A stretch of DNA of 63,816 nucleotides, counting the filler, from Candidatus Coatesbacteria bacterium (GTDB lineage: Bacteria; JAFGND01): assembly GCA_016927185.1 (NCBI GenBank). It is 5 parts of 5 records of this genome, joined end to end, with 100 filler letters (N's around TTAATTAATTAA, not from the genome) between each part and the next. Parts side by side here need not be neighbours in the genome. Positions count along the whole stretch, not along the records: positions 1 to 26,197 come from JAFGND010000011.1; 4 more parts are not named here. One strand, 5' to 3'. Position 1 is the stretch's first letter. Each line of letters opens with the position of its first letter. Shown here one piece after another: positions 11,479-21,268 of this stretch. The translations under genes were made by a program, and so were the position numbers. The notes below the pieces were generated by a model. The model was not told the origin of the DNA and searched no databases. It was given only the letters and a program-made list of their open reading frames with translations.

Positions 11479-11824
11479 TTAATCCCTCCTTTTTTACATC
11501 AGATGTTTTATTTATTATTTCCTTGAGTTTGCAGACTTCATAATCAAGTAATGCAGTCTGTTTTATCAATGAACCAAGAGTAATAATAAAAAAACCTAGA
11601 ACAATCCCGAAACAACTGATAGCTAGTCCAACATTTAGCATTTTGCTGTCATATTTGACAACTACTTTCTGCACTTCAATACCTTGCTTGAGACTTCTTT
11701 CCACTTCTTCAGATCTTGCTATCTTATAGATGAAAAATAATCCTCCAGCAAATATCAGAAGAGCTATCAAGTAACCAAAACACATAACAATATAACTTTT
11801 CAATAATTTTGATTTAAGATGCAT
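11471..11824 (-). CDS. Hypothetical two-TM membrane protein
   Basis: Two hydrophobic helices; ATG at 11824 with upstream AAGGA; coupled to neighbours. Confidence 0.7.
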   Translation of the reverse strand: MHLKSKLLKSYIVMCFGYLIALLIFAGGLFFIYKIARSEEVERSLKQGIEVQKVVVKYDSKMLNVGLAISCFGIVLGFFIITLGSLIKQTALLDYEVCKLKEIINKTSDVKKEGLNE

Positions 11825-12563
11825 TTTTATCTTCCTTATCTTCCACAAGTTCATATTCAAAACACTGATTATCACCAGAAATAGTAAAACCAACCAATCT
11901 GTAAGGTGACGGTTCTTCAACATAAAAAACCCAAATTGCCGAGTCAGTTCTAAGTTCGATTTTTCTCACCACATATTCCTTGTTGCTTAAAGTCAATTTA
12001 AAGTTTCTGCTGACTTCCACCAGTTCCCCATCAATCTTTGTAATATTCTCTGGCAATACTATTGTCAGCTTCTTTTTCTTGCCTTTCCAGTATCTTACTA
12101 TAAAAGGAATTGAGCCTTTGTCAATAATAATACTCTTTCCCAGAAATATATCTTCCTTTCTTAACTTTCCTATGCTATCACCCAATTGCAAATTTATCTT
12201 TACTTTGCCATCAAGATAATAGGCTTCAGAACATAGCACTCTCTTCCCCTGTCTGGATATATTACACATGCTTCGTAATGGTGGATTACTTACTGAAGGG
12301 TTGAAAAAAACCCTCCTTATATCTTTAATTCCCTGAATTGTTGTAACACTCTCATAAACCATATCATTAGGTGCTTCTGAGACTTCAGATAAAATCTTGC
12401 AGGTAAACAATCCCACTGTCGAATTATTATATTTTATCCTGTAATTATAAACCTTGTCATTTTCCCAAATAAACATTGCAAATTCAGAGTTGTCTCTTTT
12501 CTCCTTATTCCTGCAAGATAGAACAAGTACTAGAAAAAATAGTGTTAGTATCTTTTTATTCAT
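11814..12563 (-). CDS. Hypothetical lipoprotein
   Basis: Signal peptide ending VLSC lipobox; beta-rich body; overlaps neighbours in operon. Confidence 0.75.
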   Translation of the reverse strand: MNKKILTLFFLVLVLSCRNKEKRDNSEFAMFIWENDKVYNYRIKYNNSTVGLFTCKILSEVSEAPNDMVYESVTTIQGIKDIRRVFFNPSVSNPPLRSMCNISRQGKRVLCSEAYYLDGKVKINLQLGDSIGKLRKEDIFLGKSIIIDKGSIPFIVRYWKGKKKKLTIVLPENITKIDGELVEVSRNFKLTLSNKEYVVRKIELRTDSAIWVFYVEEPSPYRLVGFTISGDNQCFEYELVEDKEDKNAS

Positions 12564-13215
12564 TCTCTCTTGCTTGTTCTGATTTCTTTCCGCTTATCAT
12601 TTCTACAATTTTAAAAGAAAAAAGAAGTGCTGCTTTTGGACCATTTCCTGTTATTATTTTTGCATCATTGTCAATCTCTACTTTATGATTAGAAACTTTA
12701 ACACCCATTTCCTTTAGGTTTTCAGCAATGGACGGAAAACAAGTGGCTTGCTTACCAATAAGAATTCCTGCTTGAGCAAGTATCATAGGTGATAGACAGA
12801 TTGCTGCTATCCATTTTTTCTTCTCATGAGCATCATTCAACAATTTATGCAAATTCTTGTCTTCAAAATGCTTGGTTGTTCCTGAACCTCCAATCAAAAT
12901 TATTACATCCCAGTCATCAATCGAGATTCTCTCCCAGGAAAGATCAGAAGTCACCCACATTCCTTCCATACCCTTGATATTGAGAGCAGATATTCTTGAA
13001 GCAACTTTTAGCAATGCTCCCTGCTCTTCCATAGTTGTCTTTACAGTAGAAAACTCAGTTTCATTGAAGTTCTCTTCAGGTATTATCATCAGCATTTTCT
13101 TGCCTATCAGTAGTTTCTCCGGTTTCTTTGATAGTGCTTGATCCTTCTTTTCTTTCTTGCTTCCACACGAAATAATGAGAATTATCAAAATCCCAATAAA
13201 TAATAATGGTTTCAA
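12556..13215 (-). CDS. DJ-1/PfpI family protein with lipoprotein signal
   Basis: IISC lipobox; ENFNETE, LIGGSG, AAICLSP, ITGNGP motifs. Confidence 0.88.
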   Translation of the reverse strand: MKPLLFIGILIILIISCGSKKEKKDQALSKKPEKLLIGKKMLMIIPEENFNETEFSTVKTTMEEQGALLKVASRISALNIKGMEGMWVTSDLSWERISIDDWDVIILIGGSGTTKHFEDKNLHKLLNDAHEKKKWIAAICLSPMILAQAGILIGKQATCFPSIAENLKEMGVKVSNHKVEIDNDAKIITGNGPKAALLFSFKIVEMISGKKSEQARENE

Positions 13216-13226
13216 CCTATCATGTT

Positions 13227-13808
13227 TTAAGTATTTGATAATAACCCCCTTTTAAAAGCATTCAAATTTAATTCCAGTATCTTTGCAGGCACTAATTCCC
13301 TTATTACCTCTTCCCATATACTTATTTCGAAAGGCAGTTTTGAAGCAAGTGTTCCAAGTAATACTATGTTTACAGCTTTTGCATTACCAAGCTCTTTGGC
13401 AATATCAAATGCATTTACAACAATAGTATTATAGCCTTTTTCCTTCAGTTTTTCATGAACATCTTGAGGATATTCTTCTTTTCCGATTGTAACAGGCAAT
13501 GGATCAATCTGCTGCTTATTTACTATAATTAATCCATCTTTTGACAGATAATGTGCCCATCTCAATGATTCCATGAGTTCAAAGCTCAGTATATAATCAG
13601 CTTCGCCCTCATTTATCAAGGAAGAATATACCTTCTTTCCTGCTCTTACATGACTGGAGACACTTCCGCCTCTTTGTGCCATACCATGAACCTCGCTTTT
13701 CTTGACATCAAGACCAGCTTTTATGAATACCTCGCTTAGTACTTCGCTTGCAAGAAGAATCCCCTGTCCTCCTACTCCAACAATCAGTACATTAGTAATT
13801 TTATCCAT
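13227..13808 (-). CDS. iorB: Indolepyruvate:ferredoxin oxidoreductase beta subunit
   Basis: VGVGGQG, SEVHGMAQRGGSV, N.VLLG, NLNAFKRG. Confidence 0.92.
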   Translation of the reverse strand: MDKITNVLIVGVGGQGILLASEVLSEVFIKAGLDVKKSEVHGMAQRGGSVSSHVRAGKKVYSSLINEGEADYILSFELMESLRWAHYLSKDGLIIVNKQQIDPLPVTIGKEEYPQDVHEKLKEKGYNTIVVNAFDIAKELGNAKAVNIVLLGTLASKLPFEISIWEEVIRELVPAKILELNLNAFKRGLLSNT

Positions 13809-14760
13809 TATACCCTCCATCCTTGTTTCCAGCTTTCACTTCATTCAAAATACCCATTCTGAGTAAAGGAAGCATTATTTCATGATGACCTGTTATTGAA
13901 TACCCTTCTCCAGATGAGAAAGTGGGTCTATTTACTATGTTAGTATTCGGTCTGTAATGCTGAATCATATCAAAATTCACCGCAGTAAAATCCTCCACTT
14001 TATACCCAAGATTCCTAGCCACAGTCAATGCTTTGAGAAAAACCTCTGGTAATATAACTGCTGATCCAATATTTACTATAACTCCATGCGACAGCAAGCT
14101 TATAATTTTTGCAAGCTTTTTAAAATCCACTGTACTAGCTTCCCCAACACTTGCTCCATTGAAGCACGGATGCTGATGAATGATATCTGTCCCAATAGCT
14201 ATATGAACTGTAAGCGGAATATCCATTTCTGCAACGGCTGATAAAAGACTTACTCCAGAATAAGAAGGTGGATTTTCCCTGAAGAGTTTCTTGATAGACT
14301 CTCCATATCCTGATTCGCAATTCCTCTTTACTGCGCCATTTATCATTTCTGCTGTCTCTTTCGCCATTCCGAATGTTCCCTTTTCAAGTCCTTCCTGTAC
14401 ATCTTCAGATGTTCTGGCAAAATATGCAAGCTCAACATCATGAATTATTACGCTTCCATTTACTGCAACAGCATTTATAATTCCCTTTTTTATCAGATCA
14501 GCAATTATCAATCCACAACCTGTTTTTATTACATGCCCTCCGAACAGAAATAAAACCTTCTTCTGCGTATTATATGCTGTGGCTATTCTTCTGCATACAG
14601 TTTTAAGCGATTTCGCAGCAAGGATATCTGGCAGGGAGTTCCAGAAATCCGTAAAAGTCCCTGATTCACGCAATTCAGGAAATGAGGAAATATCCACTTT
14701 TCTTTCCATTTCATTTATAGAAAAAGTATTAATCTTGCTTAAATCAATCTGATCACTCAT
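13801..14760 (-). CDS. Conserved hypothetical protein, deoxyhypusine-synthase-like fold
   Basis: GGHVIK, HDVE, GTDIIHQHP, GSAVILPEVFLKA, GHHEIMLP conserved blocks. Confidence 0.7.
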   Translation of the reverse strand: MSDQIDLSKINTFSINEMERKVDISSFPELRESGTFTDFWNSLPDILAAKSLKTVCRRIATAYNTQKKVLFLFGGHVIKTGCGLIIADLIKKGIINAVAVNGSVIIHDVELAYFARTSEDVQEGLEKGTFGMAKETAEMINGAVKRNCESGYGESIKKLFRENPPSYSGVSLLSAVAEMDIPLTVHIAIGTDIIHQHPCFNGASVGEASTVDFKKLAKIISLLSHGVIVNIGSAVILPEVFLKALTVARNLGYKVEDFTAVNFDMIQHYRPNTNIVNRPTFSSGEGYSITGHHEIMLPLLRMGILNEVKAGNKDGGYNG

Positions 14761-14765
14761 TAAAA

Positions 14766-15518
14766 TCACTCCCAAATCCTTTTCAGATCGTCTATTGCCT
14801 TGTGATATGTAAGATCATAGGTCAACGGGCAAAGAGTGGCATAATTCCTGCAAAGATTTACATCTTCGGTATTCTCATCATTATCAACGATAAGCTCTCC
14901 ATCCAGCCAGAAAAATGTCCTTCCTCTTGGATCCTCCTGTTCCTTCAGCTTTTCCTTGAATCTTGTCAATCCCTGCTTTACAATTTTTATCCCCTCTATC
15001 TTATCTGTGGGAGGGAAATTAAGATTAAGTAGATAATCAACATTTTTCTCTTTTACCCACCATTCAGTGACTTTTCTTATTACCGGGTAAAAAGGATCAT
15101 AATCTTTCCAGTAAAAAGATGAACAACTAACTGCCAGTGATGGAATCCCTTCAAACAATCCTTCATATGCAGCTGCTACTGTTCCAGAATATAGTATATT
15201 GAATCCAGTATTTGCTCCCTGATTGATTCCACTTATAACCATATCTGGCAAGTCTTTCTTGAGAAGATACTGCAAAGCCATTTTAACACAATCTGCAGGA
15301 GTTCCTTCTATTCCTACGAATACACCATTTTGGTTGTCAGTATGCATTTGTTGCATTCTTATTGGCCTATTCGTTGTAATTCCATGACTGACTGCACTCA
15401 TTTCAAGTAATGGAGCAACAATACTGATTTTATAATCATGATTCTTAAAACACCTCTGCAAAGATTTAAGTCCTCTAGCTGTTATTCCGTCATCATTTGT
15501 CAATAAAAGATGCTTCAT
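14766..15518 (-). CDS. surE: 5'/3'-nucleotidase SurE
   Basis: LLTNDDG, GTPADCV, SGINQGAN, YSGTV. Confidence 0.95.
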   Translation of the reverse strand: MKHLLLTNDDGITARGLKSLQRCFKNHDYKISIVAPLLEMSAVSHGITTNRPIRMQQMHTDNQNGVFVGIEGTPADCVKMALQYLLKKDLPDMVISGINQGANTGFNILYSGTVAAAYEGLFEGIPSLAVSCSSFYWKDYDPFYPVIRKVTEWWVKEKNVDYLLNLNFPPTDKIEGIKIVKQGLTRFKEKLKEQEDPRGRTFFWLDGELIVDNDENTEDVNLCRNYATLCPLTYDLTYHKAIDDLKRIWE

Positions 15519-16831
15519 GCCCTCAGAAACCTTTCACTTTCTTCTTTATCCTGATAAACACCTCTTGTGTCAACAACAAGCTGGGAATTGTAAAATATCT
15601 CTTCATAAGGGAGATTTGAATGATCCGTTGCAATGAGAATAACATCATATTCCTTTATTTTTTCAATCTCAAGTTCAACACTGTCCATTTCCCAATGATG
15701 AGATCTCAGTCCATATATCCTTGAAATAAAGGGATCATGATAGCAGACATCTGCACCTTCTTCCTCAAGTAATTCTATCAAGGTTAATGATGGTGATTCC
15801 CTCATATCATCTATATTTTTCTTGTAAGCAACACCTAAAACAAGGACTTTTGCATTTTTTATTGCTTTTCCTTGCCTTGATAGTCCTTTAATTATCCTCC
15901 CAATAACATATTCAGGCATTTTTGTATTTATCTCTCCAGCCAGTTCTATGAACCTTGTATTATGTCCATATTCCCTTGCTTTCCATGTCAAATAAAATGG
16001 ATCTATCGGTATGCAGTGCCCTCCAAGACCTGGTCCAGGATAAAAGGGACTGAAACCAAATGGTTTTGTATTCGCAGCTTTTATCACTTCCCAGATATTT
16101 ATGCCCATCTTGTCAAGTAAAACTTTAAGTTCATTAACAAGAGCAATATTAACACTTCTGTAAATATTCTCAAGCAACTTTGTCATTTCAGCTACCTTGG
16201 GAGATGAGACTTTTACCACATTATTAATGGCGCAACCATAAATCATCGATGCCACTTCAGTCCATTCGCTGTTTATTCCTCCCACAATCTTTGGAATTGT
16301 GCTGGTAGTAAAATCCACTCTCCCTGGATCCTCTCGTTCAGGGCTGAATGCAACACCAAAATCCTCTGGTGATTTAAGTCCACTGCCTTTTGACAGAATT
16401 GGTACCAGCAATTCCTCGGTGGTTCCCGGATAAGTTGTTGATTCAAGAATCACAAGCTGACCTTTCCTCAGATAAATAGAGATTGTCTCTGCTGTTTTTT
16501 CAATGAATGTCAAATCAGGTTCGCGATGTTTTGTCAAGGGAGTTGGAACGCATATAATAATGACATCCGTTTCGTTTATTTTAGAAAAATCTGATGATGG
16601 TATAAACGATTTCACAGATACATATTCTCTGATTTTCTGTGCTGGAATATGGTGAATATAAGATTCACCTTTCTCAAGTTTCCTGACCTTTTTTTCATCA
16701 ATATCAAAACCATATACTTTTATGCCTGCTTTTGCAAATTCCATTATCAAGGGAAGCCCTACATAACCAAGCCCTATAACACCTAGGATAAAATCCTTTT
16801 TCTGTATCTTATCACAAAATTCATCAATCAT
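15515..16831 (-). CDS. UDP-N-acetyl-hexosamine/nucleotide-sugar dehydrogenase (WbpA/WecC-like)
   Basis: GLGYVGLP, CVPTP, ESTTYPGTT, SPER, GGHCIPIDP, DMRESP. Confidence 0.93.
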   Translation of the reverse strand: MIDEFCDKIQKKDFILGVIGLGYVGLPLIMEFAKAGIKVYGFDIDEKKVRKLEKGESYIHHIPAQKIREYVSVKSFIPSSDFSKINETDVIIICVPTPLTKHREPDLTFIEKTAETISIYLRKGQLVILESTTYPGTTEELLVPILSKGSGLKSPEDFGVAFSPEREDPGRVDFTTSTIPKIVGGINSEWTEVASMIYGCAINNVVKVSSPKVAEMTKLLENIYRSVNIALVNELKVLLDKMGINIWEVIKAANTKPFGFSPFYPGPGLGGHCIPIDPFYLTWKAREYGHNTRFIELAGEINTKMPEYVIGRIIKGLSRQGKAIKNAKVLVLGVAYKKNIDDMRESPSLTLIELLEEEGADVCYHDPFISRIYGLRSHHWEMDSVELEIEKIKEYDVILIATDHSNLPYEEIFYNSQLVVDTRGVYQDKEESERFLRA

Positions 16832-17570
16832 TCTTCCACTCCTTCATGAACTTGATCGCATTGCTATAGTCTTCTTCAGTGTCTATTTCCAAAGCTTTGT
16901 AAGGAGAAATATCAAAAGCAAATAAGTTGATTTTATTAGAATTAATTAGATTCTGAAAAGCAACCTCATAGAAATTGTTTACTTCCTTCTTGTTTTCAAT
17001 CAAGTCTGTTAACTCATCAAGCATTTTAAAATGAGAGTTCCTTGAAAACTTCTCTATGCCTATGCTTTCTCCATAAGCTTTTTGTGGATCTATTTCCTTG
17101 CTTATTGATTTCACACAGTAATTTTCATCAATCAATACTTTCATTTCCTCAATACCCATATCCCCTTCACGCCTCACAAGTAGTGCATCTGAATTACCAT
17201 TCTCAAGGAGAATATCAATGCACTTTTCATTGAAGACTATATCTCCATCAAGTAACAAGAATGGTTTAGCTTCCGTATTTTTCAAGGCAACATAGAGAGA
17301 GTAACTATTATTATTGTTCATATAATCATTGTTTTCCAGATAAGTAAACTTATATCCAGAAAAAGAGTTTTCTACGAAATATTTTATCATGTCTTTCTTG
17401 AAACCGAGAACGAAAACAAATTCCTTTATGCCTTCTGCAATCAAAATTCTCAACATTCGTTCAAGTATCAATTCATTTCCAAGTTCAAGCATGCATTTTG
17501 GTTTGTATTTTGTTAATTTGCCCATCCTTATAGCCATTCCAGCTACAAGTATTATCGCTTTTTCGATCAT
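16824..17570 (-). CDS. Sugar/alcohol-phosphate cytidylyltransferase (NTP transferase, IPCT/LicC-like)
   Basis: AIILVAG.A.RM....PK, NNSYSL, LLDGD, EEMKV, EIDTEED. Confidence 0.85.
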   Translation of the reverse strand: MIEKAIILVAGMAIRMGKLTKYKPKCMLELGNELILERMLRILIAEGIKEFVFVLGFKKDMIKYFVENSFSGYKFTYLENNDYMNNNNSYSLYVALKNTEAKPFLLLDGDIVFNEKCIDILLENGNSDALLVRREGDMGIEEMKVLIDENYCVKSISKEIDPQKAYGESIGIEKFSRNSHFKMLDELTDLIENKKEVNNFYEVAFQNLINSNKINLFAFDISPYKALEIDTEEDYSNAIKFMKEWKND

Positions 17571-18505
17571 TCCCTACTCTCATTCTGTTTCATTTTTCTA
17601 TCTATTCTCAAATATTGAATCAATATCAACAAAGACCAGTAAATAGTTCCTGCAACTATCACTAGTTCTAGATATAATTTTACCTCGTTAAAAAATAACA
17701 ATAAGACCAATACCGTCAGGTGCGTAGAAGAACCCATGAATGTCCAGAATTTCAAGAAAATCCTTTGTTTGTCAGTAAAAATTTTTCTCCATGTTTCATT
17801 TTTCCTTGAAATGATATATGTCGATTCAGTTCTTGAGAATCTCTTCTGAATTGATGTATAAATCAGATAAATCCTGAACAACGATCTTTTAAAAAAAGAT
17901 TTCCTGTTCTTTTTCAATGTGAGATACTCTCGGTGGAGATTCTCAACAGAAGCATCTCCATAGTCAGTTCCCTTCAAGGCAGCCAGGTATCTATGTCTTT
18001 GATAATCAAGAGTTGCACTTTGAACAGCAGTCATTACACCTGCAATAAAAGTAATTACAAAAGCCCATATACCTATGGCATCAGTATTATACAAATTTAT
18101 GGCGATTCCCACATAAATAGCTGTATATACTACATAATCTATTGCACCATCTATTATTCTTCCGATAGTTGTACCATTATGCTTTATTCTTGCAAGCTGG
18201 CCATCTGCGCAGTCAAACATATTAGCAAGAATCAGTATTAATGCAGCTAATATGAAACTCCCTTTTGCTAAAAGATATCCAGAAAACAATCCTAAAGCCA
18301 TACTTATTATGGAGATATGATTAGGTGTTACTGGCAATCCTTTTGCTATTAAAGCAACAATAAGCCCTAACGGCCTATACAGATACAAATCAAATATTTC
18401 CTCAGCATCAGGTTCTTTTAATGACATGAAATAATATTCTTTGAAATACTTGAAAACATTAAGCTCTTTTGAAGAATTAGTATCAGCTTTAGCCTTGCTT
18501 TTCAT
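17567..18505 (-). CDS. CDP-alcohol phosphatidyltransferase family protein
   Basis: TPN, DCADGQLAR...G..IDG..D signature; TM helices. Confidence 0.9.
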   Translation of the reverse strand: MKSKAKADTNSSKELNVFKYFKEYYFMSLKEPDAEEIFDLYLYRPLGLIVALIAKGLPVTPNHISIISMALGLFSGYLLAKGSFILAALILILANMFDCADGQLARIKHNGTTIGRIIDGAIDYVVYTAIYVGIAINLYNTDAIGIWAFVITFIAGVMTAVQSATLDYQRHRYLAALKGTDYGDASVENLHREYLTLKKNRKSFFKRSLFRIYLIYTSIQKRFSRTESTYIISRKNETWRKIFTDKQRIFLKFWTFMGSSTHLTVLVLLLFFNEVKLYLELVIVAGTIYWSLLILIQYLRIDRKMKQNESRE

Positions 18506-18758
18506 GAAGTAAACGCTTTTTTAATGCAGATTTGTGTCAAGAGAATTGCTATTAGAAATCTTTATGCAAAAGAAATGAAAAATTGACTAACCTGAAAAAT
18601 CAAGAATTCTCTAAACTGAAAAGTAAATATGCTGAATATTTTAATTTTCTAACATTCAACAATGCCATTAAACTACATTAAAAAAAGAAAAGAAACATTT
18701 CAGGATTGTTGAATAGCCTACCCATTTTTTCTTGACAGTACCTTCCTCAATCTTTGCC

Positions 18759-18786
18759 TTGACAAGAGCATTTGTAGCAATACCAT
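18759..18786 (+). promoter_or_regulatory. Putative sigma70 promoter of gcvPA
   Basis: TTGACA-16 nt-TACCAT, followed by AAGGAGGAG RBS and ATG at 18814. Confidence 0.55.
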
Positions 18787-18813
18787 CACAGATTAATTAA
18801 TCAAGGAGGAGCA

Positions 18814-20127
18814 ATGGACTTTATTCCTCATTCAGAAGAAGACAGAAAAAACATGCTTAAAAAAATCGGGATCAGTGATATTGAAGAACTGTTTTCATCA
18901 ATACCAGAAAAATTCAGATTAAAAGAACCCTTAAAACTACCCAAACCTATTTCTGAAGCTGAATTAGATAGCTTTTTCTCAGATTTCGAAAACAAGAAAG
19001 TTGTATCTTTCATGGGAGCAGGAGCATATGATCATCTTATCCCATCAGCAATAGACCCAATAGTAAGCAGAGGGGAATTCTTCACTGCATATACTCCTTA
19101 TCAGGCTGAAGTATCACAGGGAACACTTCAGGCAATATATGAATTCCAGAGTTTGATAGCACATTTAACAGGTCTTGAAGCAGCAAATGCAAGTATGTAT
19201 GATGGAGCTTCTGCAGCAGCTGAAGCAGCTTTAATGGCTCAACATATAAATGATAACAAGGAAATTATCCTGATAAATGACATTCATCCAGGATATATAA
19301 AAGTTATAAAGACATTCCTGCAAGGTCTGGAAATTGACATATTGGAAATGAATCTGGATGAGTGGAAGGAGTGGCATAACAAGAATCCTGAAAACAAGAT
19401 ATGCTCATTAGTTGTACAGCAACCAACTTTTTACGGAACTATAAAAAATCTGGAAGGATTGGCAGATCAGGTTCATAGCCATGATGGCATTTTCATAATG
19501 ATAGTAAACCCCATTTCACTGGCATTATTGAAGACTCCTGCTGAATGGGGAGCTGATATTGCAATAGGAGAAGGACAACCTCTTGGCATGCCATTAAGCT
19601 TTGGAGGACCTTATCTTGGATTTTTCTCATGCCTGAAAAAATATGTCAGAAAAATGCCAGGTAGAATAGTCGGGATGACCAAGGATAGTTATGGGAAGAG
19701 AGGATTTGTACTTACTCTCCAAACCAGAGAGCAGCATATTAGACGAGAGAAAGCAACGTCAAACATCTGCTCTAATCAGGCTTTATGCGCACTTAGAGCA
19801 ACGGTATATCTGTCACTACTTGGACCTAAGGGACTAAAAGAAGTAGCTGAACAATCTGCGAAAAAAGCACACTTTCTCTCTAATGAACTTTCTATGCTAA
19901 AAGACCTTTCCTTGCCTGAAAAAGAACCTTTTTTTAATGAATTCGTATTAAGATTATCTTGTGATGCAGAAACAATATTTCAAAATGGTCTCAAGCAAGG
20001 AATTATCCCCGGCATTCCATTATCAAAATTTTTTAATGACAGGAAAAATGATATCCTGATTGCAGTGACTGAAAGGAAAACAAAGGAAGATCTGGAAAGA
20101 CTTATCAAATTCTTCAGGGAAGGATAA
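18814..20127 (+). CDS. gcvPA: Glycine dehydrogenase (decarboxylating) subunit 1
   Basis: FFTAYTPYQAEVSQG, NASMYDG, FGGPYLG, TREQHIRREKATSNICSNQAL. Confidence 0.95.
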   Translation: MDFIPHSEEDRKNMLKKIGISDIEELFSSIPEKFRLKEPLKLPKPISEAELDSFFSDFENKKVVSFMGAGAYDHLIPSAIDPIVSRGEFFTAYTPYQAEVSQGTLQAIYEFQSLIAHLTGLEAANASMYDGASAAAEAALMAQHINDNKEIILINDIHPGYIKVIKTFLQGLEIDILEMNLDEWKEWHNKNPENKICSLVVQQPTFYGTIKNLEGLADQVHSHDGIFIMIVNPISLALLKTPAEWGADIAIGEGQPLGMPLSFGGPYLGFFSCLKKYVRKMPGRIVGMTKDSYGKRGFVLTLQTREQHIRREKATSNICSNQALCALRATVYLSLLGPKGLKEVAEQSAKKAHFLSNELSMLKDLSLPEKEPFFNEFVLRLSCDAETIFQNGLKQGIIPGIPLSKFFNDRKNDILIAVTERKTKEDLERLIKFFREG

Positions 20128-20129
20128 TC

Positions 20130-21266
20130 ATGAAGTTGAAAAACTGGTTAACATCGTTTTTAAGAGAAGAAAATTCAAAAGTATATTATCTTTCTCTGAA
20201 TAGCAGTATCAAAAAAGGAAGCACCTTGAAAAGACTTCCCGATCTGCTTGAATTGCTTTCTTTTCATAAAGTTGCAAGACCGAAAGCATTAACTGCCATA
20301 AAAATGCATTTTGGGGAAAGAGGAAATTCTTCATACATTAGACCTTTGTACATACAAAGGATTGTTGATTATCTCAAGGAAAAAGGGATGAAACCTTTTC
20401 TCACAGATACAAATACTCTTTATGCTGGTCATCGAGGAAACAGCATAGATCATCTGCATTGCGCACATGATAACGGTTTTCAATACGGAATGATTCATGC
20501 GCCAATAATAATAGCTGATGGGTTGTGGGGAAATAGAAGTGTAAGTGTTGAAGTCAATGGTGACAGAATAAAAAATGCTGTTATAGGAGAGGCAATTGCA
20601 GATGCAAATGCCATATTATGTGTTTCCCACTTCAAGGGTCATGAATTAGTAGGATTTGGAGGAGCATTGAAGAACATGGGAATGGGTTGTGCTGCAAAAG
20701 CTGGGAAACTGGAAATGCATTCAGATGTCAAACCAAATGTGAATCCTGACAAATGCGTTTCTTGCGGAATATGCATGGAATTTTGTCCTGTTGATGCTAT
20801 ATCAATGAATAACAAGAAAGCTTTTATAAATCAAAATAACTGTATTGGATGTGCAAGCTGCATAGCAGTATGCCCCAACAGGTGTATACAAAATTCATGG
20901 GATGCATCACCTTATATTTGCATGGAAAAGATTGCGGAATATGCCAAAGCCGCAATAAGTTGCGTATCACCAGCTTGCAGTTTCATTTCTTTTATTACCA
21001 ATGTTTCTCCTCAATGTGATTGTTATGGATTCTCATCAACACCAATTATAGGAGATATCGGTATCCTGTCTTCAGATGATCCAGTTGCTCTGGATCAGGC
21101 ATGTCTAGATTTCGTAAATAATGTTCCATGGCACCCCACTTATAAAAACAAGCCTCAAGGAGATAAATTTGCTATTCTGGCAAATGGACTTGATGGAACT
21201 GTGCAGCTTTCTCATGCAGAGAAAATAGGACTTGGGAACAGGAAATACGAGCTGATTGAGATCTAA
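20130..21266 (+). CDS. DUF362 domain protein with 2x[4Fe-4S] ferredoxin insert
   Basis: KMHFGERG, SHFKGH..GFGGALKN.GMG, two CxxCxxCxxxCP, CDC, DPVALD. Confidence 0.88.
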   Translation: MKLKNWLTSFLREENSKVYYLSLNSSIKKGSTLKRLPDLLELLSFHKVARPKALTAIKMHFGERGNSSYIRPLYIQRIVDYLKEKGMKPFLTDTNTLYAGHRGNSIDHLHCAHDNGFQYGMIHAPIIIADGLWGNRSVSVEVNGDRIKNAVIGEAIADANAILCVSHFKGHELVGFGGALKNMGMGCAAKAGKLEMHSDVKPNVNPDKCVSCGICMEFCPVDAISMNNKKAFINQNNCIGCASCIAVCPNRCIQNSWDASPYICMEKIAEYAKAAISCVSPACSFISFITNVSPQCDCYGFSSTPIIGDIGILSSDDPVALDQACLDFVNNVPWHPTYKNKPQGDKFAILANGLDGTVQLSHAEKIGLGNRKYELIEI

Positions 21267-21268
21267 TC

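Noticed and set aside
18506-18813. Glycine riboswitch upstream of gcvPA
   Set aside because: No recognisable aptamer consensus, and the candidate promoter is only about 27 nt from the start codon
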